From the NCBI GenBank assembly GCA_950097015.1, contig CATNEN010000039.1, forward strand, positions 124,001-188,000: DNA of 64,000 nucleotides, written 5' to 3'. The notes beneath the pieces are model-generated. The model did not search any database. It saw nothing but the letters and a program-made list of their open reading frames with translations, and was not told the DNA's origin. The stretch is from Macrostomum hystrix (taxonomy: Eukaryota > Animalia > Platyhelminthes). Positions within the stretch are counted from its first letter, which is position 1. Every line of letters starts with the position of its first letter. Below, in pieces: positions 13,201-25,200 of this stretch. Position numbers and translations under genes: made by a program.

Positions 13201-16200
13201 GTCTCCGAGAACAGCAGTTGCTGTTCAATCGGCGCCAACAATGGTTACGCGGACAAGTGCATGGTGAGGCTGGTCCCAGTGGAGCCGCTGTGCGAGGTAC
13301 GAGGAAAAGAAAGCGATCATCTAGCAGCAGCAGCAGCGAGCTAAGCGCCAGTGACGGCGAGCCAAGCGCCAGTGACGGCGAGCCAAGCGCCAATGACGGC
13401 GAGTCAAGCGCCAGTGACGGCGAGTCAAGCGCCAGTGACAGCGAGCCAAGCGCCAGTGACGGTGAGCCAGGCGCCAGTGACGTTGAGCCAGGCGCCAGTG
13501 ACGGCGAGCCAGGCGACAATGACTGTGAGCCAGTCGGCGACGCTGCCCAGCCGCCAGTCGGCGAGGCTGCCCAGCCGCCAGTCGGCGACGCTGCCCAGCC
13601 GCCAGTCGGCGAGGCTGCCCAGCCGCCAGTCGGCGACGAGGAGGATATCGACGCAAGTGATAACGATTGCGACCATTGCGTCATCCTTGTTGACAAGGGC
13701 AGCGATTGGCCAGAGGCATGGCGCTCGATGCAGAGCAGCGACCCTGCTGTGCGTCAACTCAAGAATATTCTCCTTCACACAGAAAGTTACTTCCACTACG
13801 GCCTTCCCCAACCGAAAGCGATTTTGCTGGCAGAGTCGCGCTGACTACAGCTCTCTGGTTCGTCGCTTTAAAGGATCATGATGATGCCTATCCCTGTGTC
13901 CGAAGTGTCGTAGACATCTACTGCGAACACGTGCTTGACACCGGCGTCGTCCGTACTGCCGGTCCTGGCCCGTCCAATAGTCGACACGCTGAGTGGCGCT
14001 CGTTTCTCAATCAGAGCGAGAGACGCATATGGGCGGCCGCCAAGAAAGCTAATATTCGACCACCCGAAGAGTCTCGCCGCGGCGCTTATGGCCAAATCCG
14101 AGGCGGTCGCTCCGCCAGCCTGCGTCGACTGGCCCGTATAAAAGCCGGTCTCATCGATTGCCGCTGGAACATTCATTATGCGTGCTTTATCGTGCTTCTG
14201 GGACTTTGGTCCTGTTGTGTCACCAGCTAACTAGCTATAGACTTCCATAGCTCTGAGACCCATAGCTCACGGTTATGCCTGTGCCTGTCTGTGCCGATAG
14301 GGCGCACCCGTCTACGCCGATATAGGGCGCACCCGTCTACGCCGATAGGGCATGTTATATATACAATTCTTCTGTGCTACTGTCCGTTCCATCATATAAT
14401 TGTATATAACATCGTCATCCGTTGTTTATAAAAAGTAAATATCTCTACTACTTTTAAAAATAAAAACCGAATCCTGCTTCCTTTCTTCTGTTTATTGGCC
14501 GGCGTATTCGTTGCTCATTTATTTGTCCGGTTCATTATACAGCGTGTACCTGCGTAATATGTATATATACGAAAATATCCCATGTACTTAGGCTCCCGTT
14601 TGTTGCCACTTAATTCCCTTTTTACTACGACGATCTGTCCCCTCACCTTTCCAGGGCGTGTCATCCATCCATAGGCTCAGACATAAAATACAGTTACTCG
14701 TGATTAATTTCTCTACTATGAGCTCCAGTAGTAGATGCAGTCGATAGCTTGCGACAGCTGAGTCAGCACCAAGGGAAGTCGCATCAGCGCCGGGCAAAGG
14801 CACTTCAGCGCCAGGCAAAGGCGACGCTGCCCAGCCGCCAGTCGGCGACGAGGAGGATGTCGACGCAAGTTATTTTTTACTATTACGCGTTTCTGGATTG
14901 TGGAGTACGCCGAGGGGGATGGCGGGCAGCTTGGAGTTTACTCGGAGAAGTGCATCCGGAGACAGTAGCCAGGTACTGTCAGTGGACGACTTCGTCACTC
15001 TTCGGCCAGGAAAGCCTGGCAGCAAGGTGTACCGTGTTCGACTCCTCAAGGGCCCATATAAAACTAAGCTGGCCGCCGAGTCCCATGTGAACTCATGTTT
15101 GCCAGCACAAAACACGGGCATTACGCTGCCGAACGGGTGTGCCTCTTGTACATCACTTCGCCAGGAATTGGCGTCGCTGCGCGCCATTGTGGACAACCTG
15201 CAGTCCAGCAGTGACGAAGAGCGTGAGAGCCGACGCCGGCAAATAGACTCTCTGGAGAGCGAGCTAGAGTTACTGGCTAGAGTCCCAGGGTTATAAGGAG
15301 AAGATGGAATTAGCAGAACGCAAAAATGCGGAACTCACCAAAGAACTCTCACGTTTGCTTAACTCAACTGAATCCGGACCTGAAAACGGAACCCAACCAA
15401 CTGCTTCTGTTTCCGGTGCCGACACTGCTTCGCAGCGGTACGCCGCAGACCTGCAAGAAGCGGTCTTTGCTGCTATTGAGCTGCTGCAGAATGCAGTAGT
15501 TGTCCAAGAGGGGAACGCAGGCGCAGCACCAGCAGCTTTTACAGACTTTTTGCGCATCCGCCTGTCCGACATACCAGCTTTACCAGCTTCAGGCGCCAAT
15601 CGGCGGACAATCAACACACTGGACTGCCACGAGGCTATGCCATTATCGGCGGAGGACGACGCAAACTTGGATGCCAGCGCTGAAGCTGCGTCGGCGCTGC
15701 GACTTCAGCAAGAGGCTGCTGCCGCCAAAAGGCGTATTATCTTAAGCGCCCGGAGTCTAGGCGTCACCGTCAGCGAAGACGACTATGCGTCTATTCGACA
15801 AATGTCCCGGAAATACTGGGGTGTGGCCTGCAAGTTTTGCATGCCTAGGAACTGCTTCGCACACTGTATAAAGCTGTCTTCAGCACGGAGGAGCTGTTAA
15901 CTTGCTCCTACACGGGACGTAAAAGCAAACGCCTCGCCGATAAGGCGAAGGCGACTGTGCCGTCCTATAAGAAGAGAGCAATTGAAGGCTTCGTGAAGCG
16001 ACTCAAGCTGTCTGTCAAAATCCCACAGGCAACCTGGTCGACGGTATTCAAAGGCACCGCCTACAGCGCGAAGCGCAAGCACGGCACTGATAAAAAATCT
16101 GATAAAGATGCAGGCAGCCAGCAGCGCAAGAGGAATCGGGATGCTGGTGCTGTCCCGACTTCTGCCGCTGCCCCGAGTTCTGCCGCTGCCTCAAGTTCTG

Positions 16201-19200
16201 CAAACAGCGACGAGTCTGCCAGCGGGGATGTCGAGAAAGCAACGAGCAACGAGCCCGTTGCAACCTCAATTGAGCTTGCTGCCCACTGATCACAGTAGCC
16301 GAGACTGCTCATTTTTTAGGCCAAAAGGCGCTAATTGCAGTACAATTGCTCATTTTATTGAGGCCAAACGGCGCTAATTGCAGCAGTACGATCGCTATTT
16401 CTTCGCCGCGCATCATATATATACATGAATCACAATATGTTCCATTATCTTCATTTATTGCCTGCGTACATTTAAAAACCTATACCTTCCTAATTTACAT
16501 ACATACATACATAGCATTTTTAACAGTAGCTTGGGCGGTTTTGCTCAGCTCTATCGACTAAATAGCCATATCAGTTTGACTTCGCGTTCTCGACCCTTCC
16601 TGCTTTTAACATTCGCGGTATATTCACGTGTCCTGTCAACGGTCACTGTCACACTCTCTGGTCACAGTACTTCGACGTGAGTGTCACACGACATTCACAA
16701 CAAACGGTCAAACTGAATGATCACGACTGTCAATGGGACAGTCACCGTTTATGGTCAAATGTTGGTCATAGTGTCGTCACACAACTGCCACTGTGACTGG
16801 TTACCACAGCTATGCGGCAGATGCAGTTGACGGTCACGGTATGGTCACGGGTGACGGTCACAATATACGGTTACAGTTGATGGTCACGGTATGGTGACGG
16901 GTGACGGTCACAATATACGGTTACAGTTGACGGTCACGGCATGGTCACGGGTGACGGTCACAATATACGGTTACAGTTGACGGTCACGGTATGGTCACGG
17001 GTGATGGTCACAATATACGGTCACATTACGCGGTAACACAAATTACTAACTTTCTTTTCATGTGACCATGGACGGTCACATTCCACGGTCAAGTGCGTCT
17101 CTGGGCACGGTCACCCGTTGACCTTCACGGTCAAAAAGTACGGTCACCGCACAGTCGCACATCAATGGTCACAAACTTTTTTGGTGACCGTCAATTTTCT
17201 ATACGGGGTTGGTAGGCAACCAGATACAGAGAGGTAGGGTAGGCAGCCCGATACAGAGAGGTAGGTAGGCGGGCAGGTAGACAGGTACGTAGGTTATAGG
17301 GATAGGTTTTAGAGAGTCAGCTACTGAGTTAGTTCGCAATACCTGATTGGCTTAGCTAGTTTATATTTGAATAGTAAGTGAGAGCGCCTCTTTTTAATCG
17401 TATAAGCTGGTAAATACATATGAATGCGTAATTCGGGGCTCAAGCTTTAGCTCGTTAAAAAAATCCAGTCCAGTAGAGGTGCACGTAAGGCAGGTTAGTA
17501 GATACGTAGGCACACAGACTAGTATAAAGACAGTAAGGAATGCAGAAACACACCTGGCAGCAGAGGCCCTGTCTCCACTCGCGTGCCTGTTGAGTCCGCG
17601 CAGGTTGAGGTGTTCGCCGCTGCTGCGCAGAGCTTCGAGTGGCTGTTGCGGTGGCGCCTCGTCTAGGCAGGGGGTCACGCACTCAGGCGCGGCTAAAAGT
17701 GCCTCGAGCACCTCCTCCACACTGGGCCGGTCTTTGGGTTCGAACTGCCAGCAGCGGCCGACGAGAGCGCGCAGCTCTGGAGTGGCGTCTGCTGGGAAGG
17801 CGGAGAAGAGGGTAAGGCCGCGACTTACTTGGCTGATGACCTGCTGCTGGCTGAGGTGCTGGAACGGAAACTTGCCGAAGGTAACAATCTCGTACAGGAC
17901 CACGGCGTAAGACCACATGTCGCTGTTGACTGTAAAGTACATGTACTGTATGGACTCAGGAGGCATCCAGCGCACTGGCACCAGCTTGTTATTTTGCACA
18001 CGGTAGTACTCTTTGATGTAGCGGGCCAAGCCGAAGTCACCCACTTTTACCTGTGGTAAAGAAGAGGTAAACATTGAACAAAATATCTGGCTCCAAGCTG
18101 CGGGGCCTATACAAAAGGGCTACTAAGGCACCTGGAAGCGGTCGTTGATCATGCAGTTCCTGAGCGCTAGGTCTCTGTGCACCATGTGCCTGTTGTGAAG
18201 ATACTCTATTCCGCGGGAAATATCAATTGCATACTGAGTGAGCGCGGCCGGACAAGTTTCCTGTGAGGTCTTAGTCAGCGCCTGAGTGCGACGGGCCATG
18301 AGGAAGGACTTGAGATCTCCGTGCAGGCACATTTCCATCACAATGTAAAAAGGCTGCTCGGCAGTGCAAACACCCAGCAGCTGCACGATGTTGTCATGCT
18401 GGAACTGCGAAAGGGTAGCGGCCTCTTCCAGGAACTGCATTATAGCCTCCTGCTTCAGGTCGTCATTCATCACTTTGACAGCACAAGAGGTCCAGCCGGT
18501 ACGCACGCCTCTGACAATAAGATTAACTTCGCCACCATAGACTGTGCCAAAGCAGCCCTTGCCCATCTTGCGGTTCAGAACCACCTGGAGTGCAGGATTT
18601 CGGATTAGAAGATCACACACACAGCAAAGCACTTGAGGCATAAGATCACAGATTTGGACTTTCCTAGAGTAATTTTTCTGATTTTATATTAAGCCAACAC
18701 TTAATCGCTCGGACCTAAAGCAGCAGACTGCTGCAGTCATCAGTGTGTCTAATAAGCGAATGTGCTTAGAGAACAATAGACTAATCTAATGTGCTAAGAG
18801 AACAATTGACTAAGCTAATGAGCTAAGAGAGCAATTGACTTAGTTAATGAGCTTAGAGAACAGTTGACTAAGCTAATGTGCTTAGAGAACAATTGAATTA
18901 GCAATAGGGCAAAGCATGTTTGCTTTTACAAGCAAGTCAAGACGCAAACTTAACCTGCTGCTTCGGAATCTCGACCTCGGCCAGGCGGTCCCGCAGTTGC
19001 TGAAAGGGCTGAGCTAGCTTAGCCACCTCGCGGCCTCGGTAGTACCGCAGCAGGCACATGAACAAGCAGAGCAGGCAGGTCATGCAAAGCAGAAAGACGC
19101 CCACAATGAGGCTTACGATGGTCTGAGGGCAGGTTAAGTCGCGGTAGAAAACGCGCATGAATGCCGTGGTGCAGTTGTCTTCGGAGACGAAGCGCCTGGG

Positions 19201-22200
19201 GAACCAGCCGTCTTCTGTATCAAAGGGGCCCTTCTCGCCTAAAATCGGCTTATTGTGTCTGAGCTTGCTGACGAGCTTGACGTCGATGCGGGAGCCAGTC
19301 TGCTGCCACATAAACTCGGCCTGAAAGTCGCTGGTCACTATGTCCTGCTGGCTAAGCTTGCCTTTGATGATAGGTGCGCCGGAGGTGTTGAAGCCCCCAA
19401 AGAAGCTCTTCGACTTCTTTGAGAAGCCCAAGTCGAAACGCCGGACCAAAACCTGCCAGTGTCAGGGAAAAGGACACACTAATTATAAATAAAAAATTAA
19501 CGAAATGCCAATACCAGCACGGAGAAAATAAATCGGCTAGTCACTCACCATCATGTAGCCGCGGTCAATACCGTGGCTGCGACTCAGGTGAAAGTCCGTG
19601 AAGGTGGTGTTTTCAAGGGCCTCCTTGTATAGGGCGGCCACTCGGGGACTGTTAAGGTGGTAGACTGCTGAGGGATCTATCAGTAGCACTCGGGAGAGGG
19701 CGTGGACAATAAGCTGCACAGCGTAGGTCGTGTACACTCCGTAGTAGAACGAGTCGATCTTGCGCCGTGGCCGCACCACGGTGCCAACAATCTGTGGATC
19801 CGGCCTTGGGTTCACATGATTTTGCACCACTACGTGACCGTTGGCCACCTTCCTAATTTGGTCGGGCGTGCAGCCCTCTGAGTTTTCAATCAGGAGCGCC
19901 GTGGTATTGCTGCACACCACAGTATTGCTTCCAAACACATCCAATGCCCGGTTAGCCAGGATGAACAGATAGTTATTTTTCTGCCACATCTTTAAATGGT
20001 GCGCCGCGCAAAGGTACAGGCAGGTGCCCCTCTTGAGGTAATCCATTGCGAACACCTACAGAAACGTCGTAAAGGTTAGGAGCATTTGTAAGCATTACAA
20101 GTCTGTTGCAAATATTAACTTTAAAATGAGAACGAGAGAAACTGAAGCGAAACGCAGGGCTTAGAAAACCTCACGCGCCCCACGTACACTAGACCTGCAG
20201 CCAGTAAGGAGGCAATTCTGCCGATTTCGCAGAACACTGAGCACAAACGCACAGAGATACTGTACGCAGTCAGGAACACGCTCACACAGGTGTTTATTTA
20301 TATTCATTGATTTCTTACAGTCAGGCGGTGTACAAATTCACTGTGCCTTGGAGATGGGCCCTCAAGGGCGTAAATTTCACGAACAGCTTCAAGCCCTCCA
20401 TCTGCGGCTGCGCCCCAAATAAATGCGGTCTCGCTGCGGAATTGAGCTAAAGGACATAGTGCGTGAGGCAAACGCGTTGACCTCTGCCACTCACCCCCCT
20501 CCGAAAGCGCTTAGTTCCATAATGAGAATACGGGACACTGGTTTCGGGCTTGTTACAATTATTGCGGGGATAGCAACTATGGGATAGCCCCACAATAGCC
20601 ACGTATAGATACTGCGACGGGTGTCCCAAAAGTTCCCAGAATTTCTATCACAGTTATTCAATGCAGCTATTAAATTTTAAATCCATGGTGTCAAATTAAA
20701 GGGAAATTTGCCACACATAAGCTGTTGTTGAAATCATGTTGATATCACTCTTTGTTCATGCGCTGCAACGAAAAGTGTCTGCACAAGTCAGCCCCTAGTG
20801 TTACACATCCTCAAATGTCTGTTGTTCAATTCTTCAGTGTTGTTTGATTTAGGCGTGCAAGTATGCCATTACCGCACACTTGCGTGCCGGAATGCCTTTG
20901 TCTATGGAAAAATTCACTTGTGGCTACACAAAAATCTGTGCAGGAATGACATTCAAAGGCGTGCGGGAATGGCATTCTTGACATTCGATCCATGGAATAA
21001 ATGTACTTAAACATTGTGAAACGTAGAACAAGAATAAAATTCCAAAGTGACGATAAGTTTAAAGAAGTAACGCTAAGGTCAGTAAAGAAGTAACGCTACG
21101 CTCCAAGTAAATATTGGCGTAGCATCACATATCACTCAAATGTAAACTCCACCACGTTGCGTTCGCCGCTAGTTACGATCTTCATGCGCTTCGTTAAGGC
21201 AGTAGAAACCGTCACAGTGGATGCGCCGGCGCTTGCCGTTGTTGTGATGACAGGCTGGTTACCAGTAGAAACCGGTGCCAAAGCAGTCTCACTGCCACCG
21301 AACTGCACGTTGTCGCCGTCAGTCAGGGCAAGTGACAGTTGCCCGCTCATGCCTGCGATGATAGTCTCTCTCTTCTTTCCGCGACGAAAAGCGATCCACG
21401 GATGTGGACGACTACGAAACAATATATGGTAATGATAGTCATACTACATGCATGACATTAATCAAAATTAGAGCAGAAAAAGGACGAAGAATGCGCTGAC
21501 CTTATGACCTGTGGCCTTCGCGATTGCAACGCCGGATTCATGAAGAATGGTAACGCAGTCGGACGCAGTGGGCGAGGTACACCCTGGAGAGCTGGGCATT
21601 GGTAGAAATTAGCAGAGGACCGAGAGTGTTAACACCGACTGGTTGCTTTGCGTACCACACACTGTCTGGACCGACTCGAGACTTTGGCCGCAGAAAAACG
21701 TCGCGTCCGTTCCAACCGGGAACGTCGTTGATCTTGGCTTTGTAGAGCAGAAAAGCACGAACCGGACATTTTGCAGCTACTGACGTCGCCACCGTTATGT
21801 CAGTGGAACCATGCACATTATTTGATGTACCGCCCTGCAGCTTGATTGCAAACGATCCATTGCCCAGTTTTACCTGGCTGAACGACTGCATGGTGATTCC
21901 AAGAAGCCACTCTCTGCCCCGATTGCCAAAGTAGTATAGCAGATCGAAGTCGCGACGGTGTTTTCCTGTCGAAGTATGCACTAAGCTTGATCAAGTCGTC
22001 AGACTATATGGCCCTGTAGTGGCGGAGCCGACCACTATTCTGCAAAAAAGCGTTGCAGACATACTTGATAATCAGATTAGACGCTTGAAAAGCTGGATCC
22101 GCAATAATGTCGAGGCCATGCAGCTTCATGAAGTAGCGGAAAAGAGCCGCACGTATCCCAACGATAGTATTCCGGGAATAGATCATCCCATTCGCCTTCC

Positions 22201-25200
22201 GCTGGTGTGCGTAGAAATAGCGAAAGTACTTAGCCACATCCTCCACTGGAGCATCTTTGTAGTCTAAGCGGAGGTTGTTCTAGGCCAACCAGGCCGTGAA
22301 CCTCCGGACAATCGCCTTATTCTTCGCGACACTGGACTTGCATTGGTTATCTCGTTCCTGTTGCCGAGCCAGTTCCTCAAGCTCGTCCAGGTTGCACAGC
22401 GACTCCAGCTCGATAGCCAATAGCGGCTCCAGGTCGACATCAGTACTGCTGTTGGGCATGCTTAACCACTAGTTGGGATGAGTGAGCCAGTAATGACCAA
22501 GAGGAAGCCGAGCGTAAGCGAGGCTTTCTCTTGGTCATTACGGATGCGATATCTCATCTTGTTAAGATGTAACCAACGTGTCGGGATAGGAAAGCACGTT
22601 TTTCAACTTTTAACGATTGCCGCTTTTGCCCAGTTGAACCGATTTGGATGCGGTTTTTTGCAAAACATGTAAAAGACTTGGGTCTATATACTGAAGTGAA
22701 AAGCGTTGCCATGGCAACGCGCTTTGGTTACCATGGCAAGACAAACCAAATTGGAGGTTAAAAAATGTGCATGCTTTTAAACTTTGATTTGCTGGGTCGT
22801 AACCCCAACACATAGGCCTACTTGATGTTGAAGATATTTTTTGACCGTGTACTTTTGTGATTGAAAAAATGTGCACTTTTAGAGTACTTTTAGTACAGGG
22901 TGCAATTTAGACGCCTCTATGACACAGACATGTGACTTGAATTGCATTTCAACACATGTCAACCAACTTTCTTGGGTGTCGCCTATACGACAATGTTGGT
23001 TTCAGACTGATTGGATGTTGTTTACCGAAGATGTGGGTAATTAAATCCTAAAAACGTGATTATGGTCATTTTTATTCATTTTTCGAGGTACAAAATTGCA
23101 TGTCCAGAACGTATTTGGTGTGCGATTTGAATGCGGCTTTCGTTTTTAGAAGCGCAACAGATGTGCGCACAAAATATGTATATTTTGAATTTTCTAAGCA
23201 TCCACTTGCCCCGAAGGTGAATGCGAAAATCCCAAATTTTGACCCCCCGGGGGGCTAAAACATGCAAAACGAGATCAGTCATAACTTTTGATGATGCATC
23301 CGTTGGTGTTGCGCTTAGCGTTGCTGAATTGCATTTAAGACCCTCTTTCATTTGATACTAGACTCGTGTGCACACATTCAGTAGTTGGCCATCTGTACTA
23401 AAATATGTACCTAAGGCGGAAAGCCTTTAGTTTACGAAGTTGGAGTGGCAGCAAAGTTAGTGTGCTGCATGGCACGTATATTTATATTTACAGCAAACGC
23501 GAGAGCGAGATAGAGGGGCCTAGGGAGGTGCGAAATGGTGGCGTGACTTCTCACACCCGGCTTAGCGAGCCGGCTGGCTGGGTGCACCAACCCCCACCTC
23601 AACTAGACTGAGGTTGAGGGGTTTGGGTGCGGCTGCAATGTTGCTGGCCGGTCGCGTGTTGACTGTCCGCCACATAGCTTCCCCCAGCACTGAGCTAGGC
23701 CCCGGGTGCTCGGCGAGGCGGAGATGATGCTGAGGAGCGGGCGCTGAAGGCGGTGGGAGCGAGCGCTGAAGGCGATGGGAGCGAGCGCTAAAGGCCGCTG
23801 CAGCGAGGGCCGAGGCCGCAAGAGCGGGCGCCGAGACAGCGAGAGCGGGCGCCGAGACAGCGAGAGCGGGCGCCGAGGCAGAAGGAGCGGGCGCCGAGAC
23901 AGCGCCAAAAGCCTGCAGAGGCACCGAGCGGGCGCCAAAAGCAGAGGCACCGAGCGTGCGCCGAAAACCAATCCACAGTCAGTTGCCGCCGAGATCCGGG
24001 TCGATGCCCCTGCCCACGGGCTGAGGACGTAAGGCTAACAACAGCGGTGGTAACCTCGAGTGTGCTGCAGCGTGTGGCGGTGGTTGGTCCACCGCAGGAG
24101 CCGAAAGGCGAGACCCCAGGGGCTACCGGGCGGCGGGCTGGCTATGACTGTGCTGGCTGTCCTGCTGTGCTGCTGTTGTGCTGTGCTGCTGTTCTGCTGT
24201 GCTGCTGTGCTGCTGTTCTGCTGTGCTGCTGTTCTGCTGTGCTGCTGTGCTGCTGTTGTCGGCCAAGGCGGTTGGCTGCCAGGACCGCACAGGGCCGCCC
24301 AGGTAGGCCCAGCGTGTCGCGCTGGGCGTCGGGCTCACCAATAAGGCGGAAAGCCTTTAGTTTACGAAGTTGGAGTGGCAGCAAAGTTAGTGTGCTGCAT
24401 GGCACGTATATTTATATTTACAGCAAACGCGAGAGCGAGATAGAGGGGCCTAGGGAGGTGCGAAATGGTGGCGTGACTTCTCACACCCGGCTTAGCGAGC
24501 CGGCTGGCTGGGTGCACCAACCCCCACCTCAACTAGACTGAGGTTGAGGGGTTTGGGTGCGGCTGCAATGTTGCTGGCCGGTCGCGTGTTGACTGTCCGC
24601 CACATACCTGTACAGGTGTACGTATGAGAGAAAAAGTTTGCCATTTCTGCATCTACGATAGTGCACTTTGTCGCATTGAGCTCAAAATGGTGTCAACAGA
24701 CGCATGTGGATGTTTGAAAGAGAATGACATGTCAACTTAAAGTCAGCGTCACATTCAAGATGCTAAATCTTGATTTGCAGTTGGAAAACGTGGTGTTTTC
24801 GTAGAAATTGAATAACTCATGCAATTTTTCGAAACTATAAAGGTAAATTTTGTAAAAACGGTGTTGCGAATTTTTTATGTACATAGACGAAATGTACCCA
24901 ATACTATGCTGCAGCTGCATTGTTGGAAAATTCTATTTTTCGAAATGGAAGGCACATTGGAGCAATTTTGACACCCGGGGCCTATGCCAATTTCTCATAA
25001 GATTTTAGAAGTGCAATTTCTCGAATCAAGTTTGGTGTCGCTGTCCTATAGCATTTAGAGCCCTCTTCAAAAGGACAGCATTCATGCCTGCCTGTGAATA
25101 TTGATTGAGCGTCAGTACACGATGCAGTACTTTTAAGAGAAGCAGCATTTTCGAGTTTACTCTAATAAAATGTTGTTCTTTGCCCCCAATGTCATTGAAA

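Larger units (their letters stand above)
10783..17207. mobile_element. Non-autonomous CMC/CACTA(EnSpm)-like DNA transposon, 6.4 kb
   Basis: 15-bp TIR CCCGTATAGAAAATT at both ends; 3-bp TSD GTT (10780-10782, 17208-17210); dense subterminal GGTCAC/GTGACC arrays at ~10800-11140 and ~16620-17190. No cognate transposase recognised. Confidence 0.85.

Noticed and set aside
15823-15848. 26-nt intron joining ORF 15304 to the BEN frame
   Set aside because: It would restore the frame, but the donor is weak and it is far shorter than other introns here. A frameshift is equally likely, so it is left unresolved.
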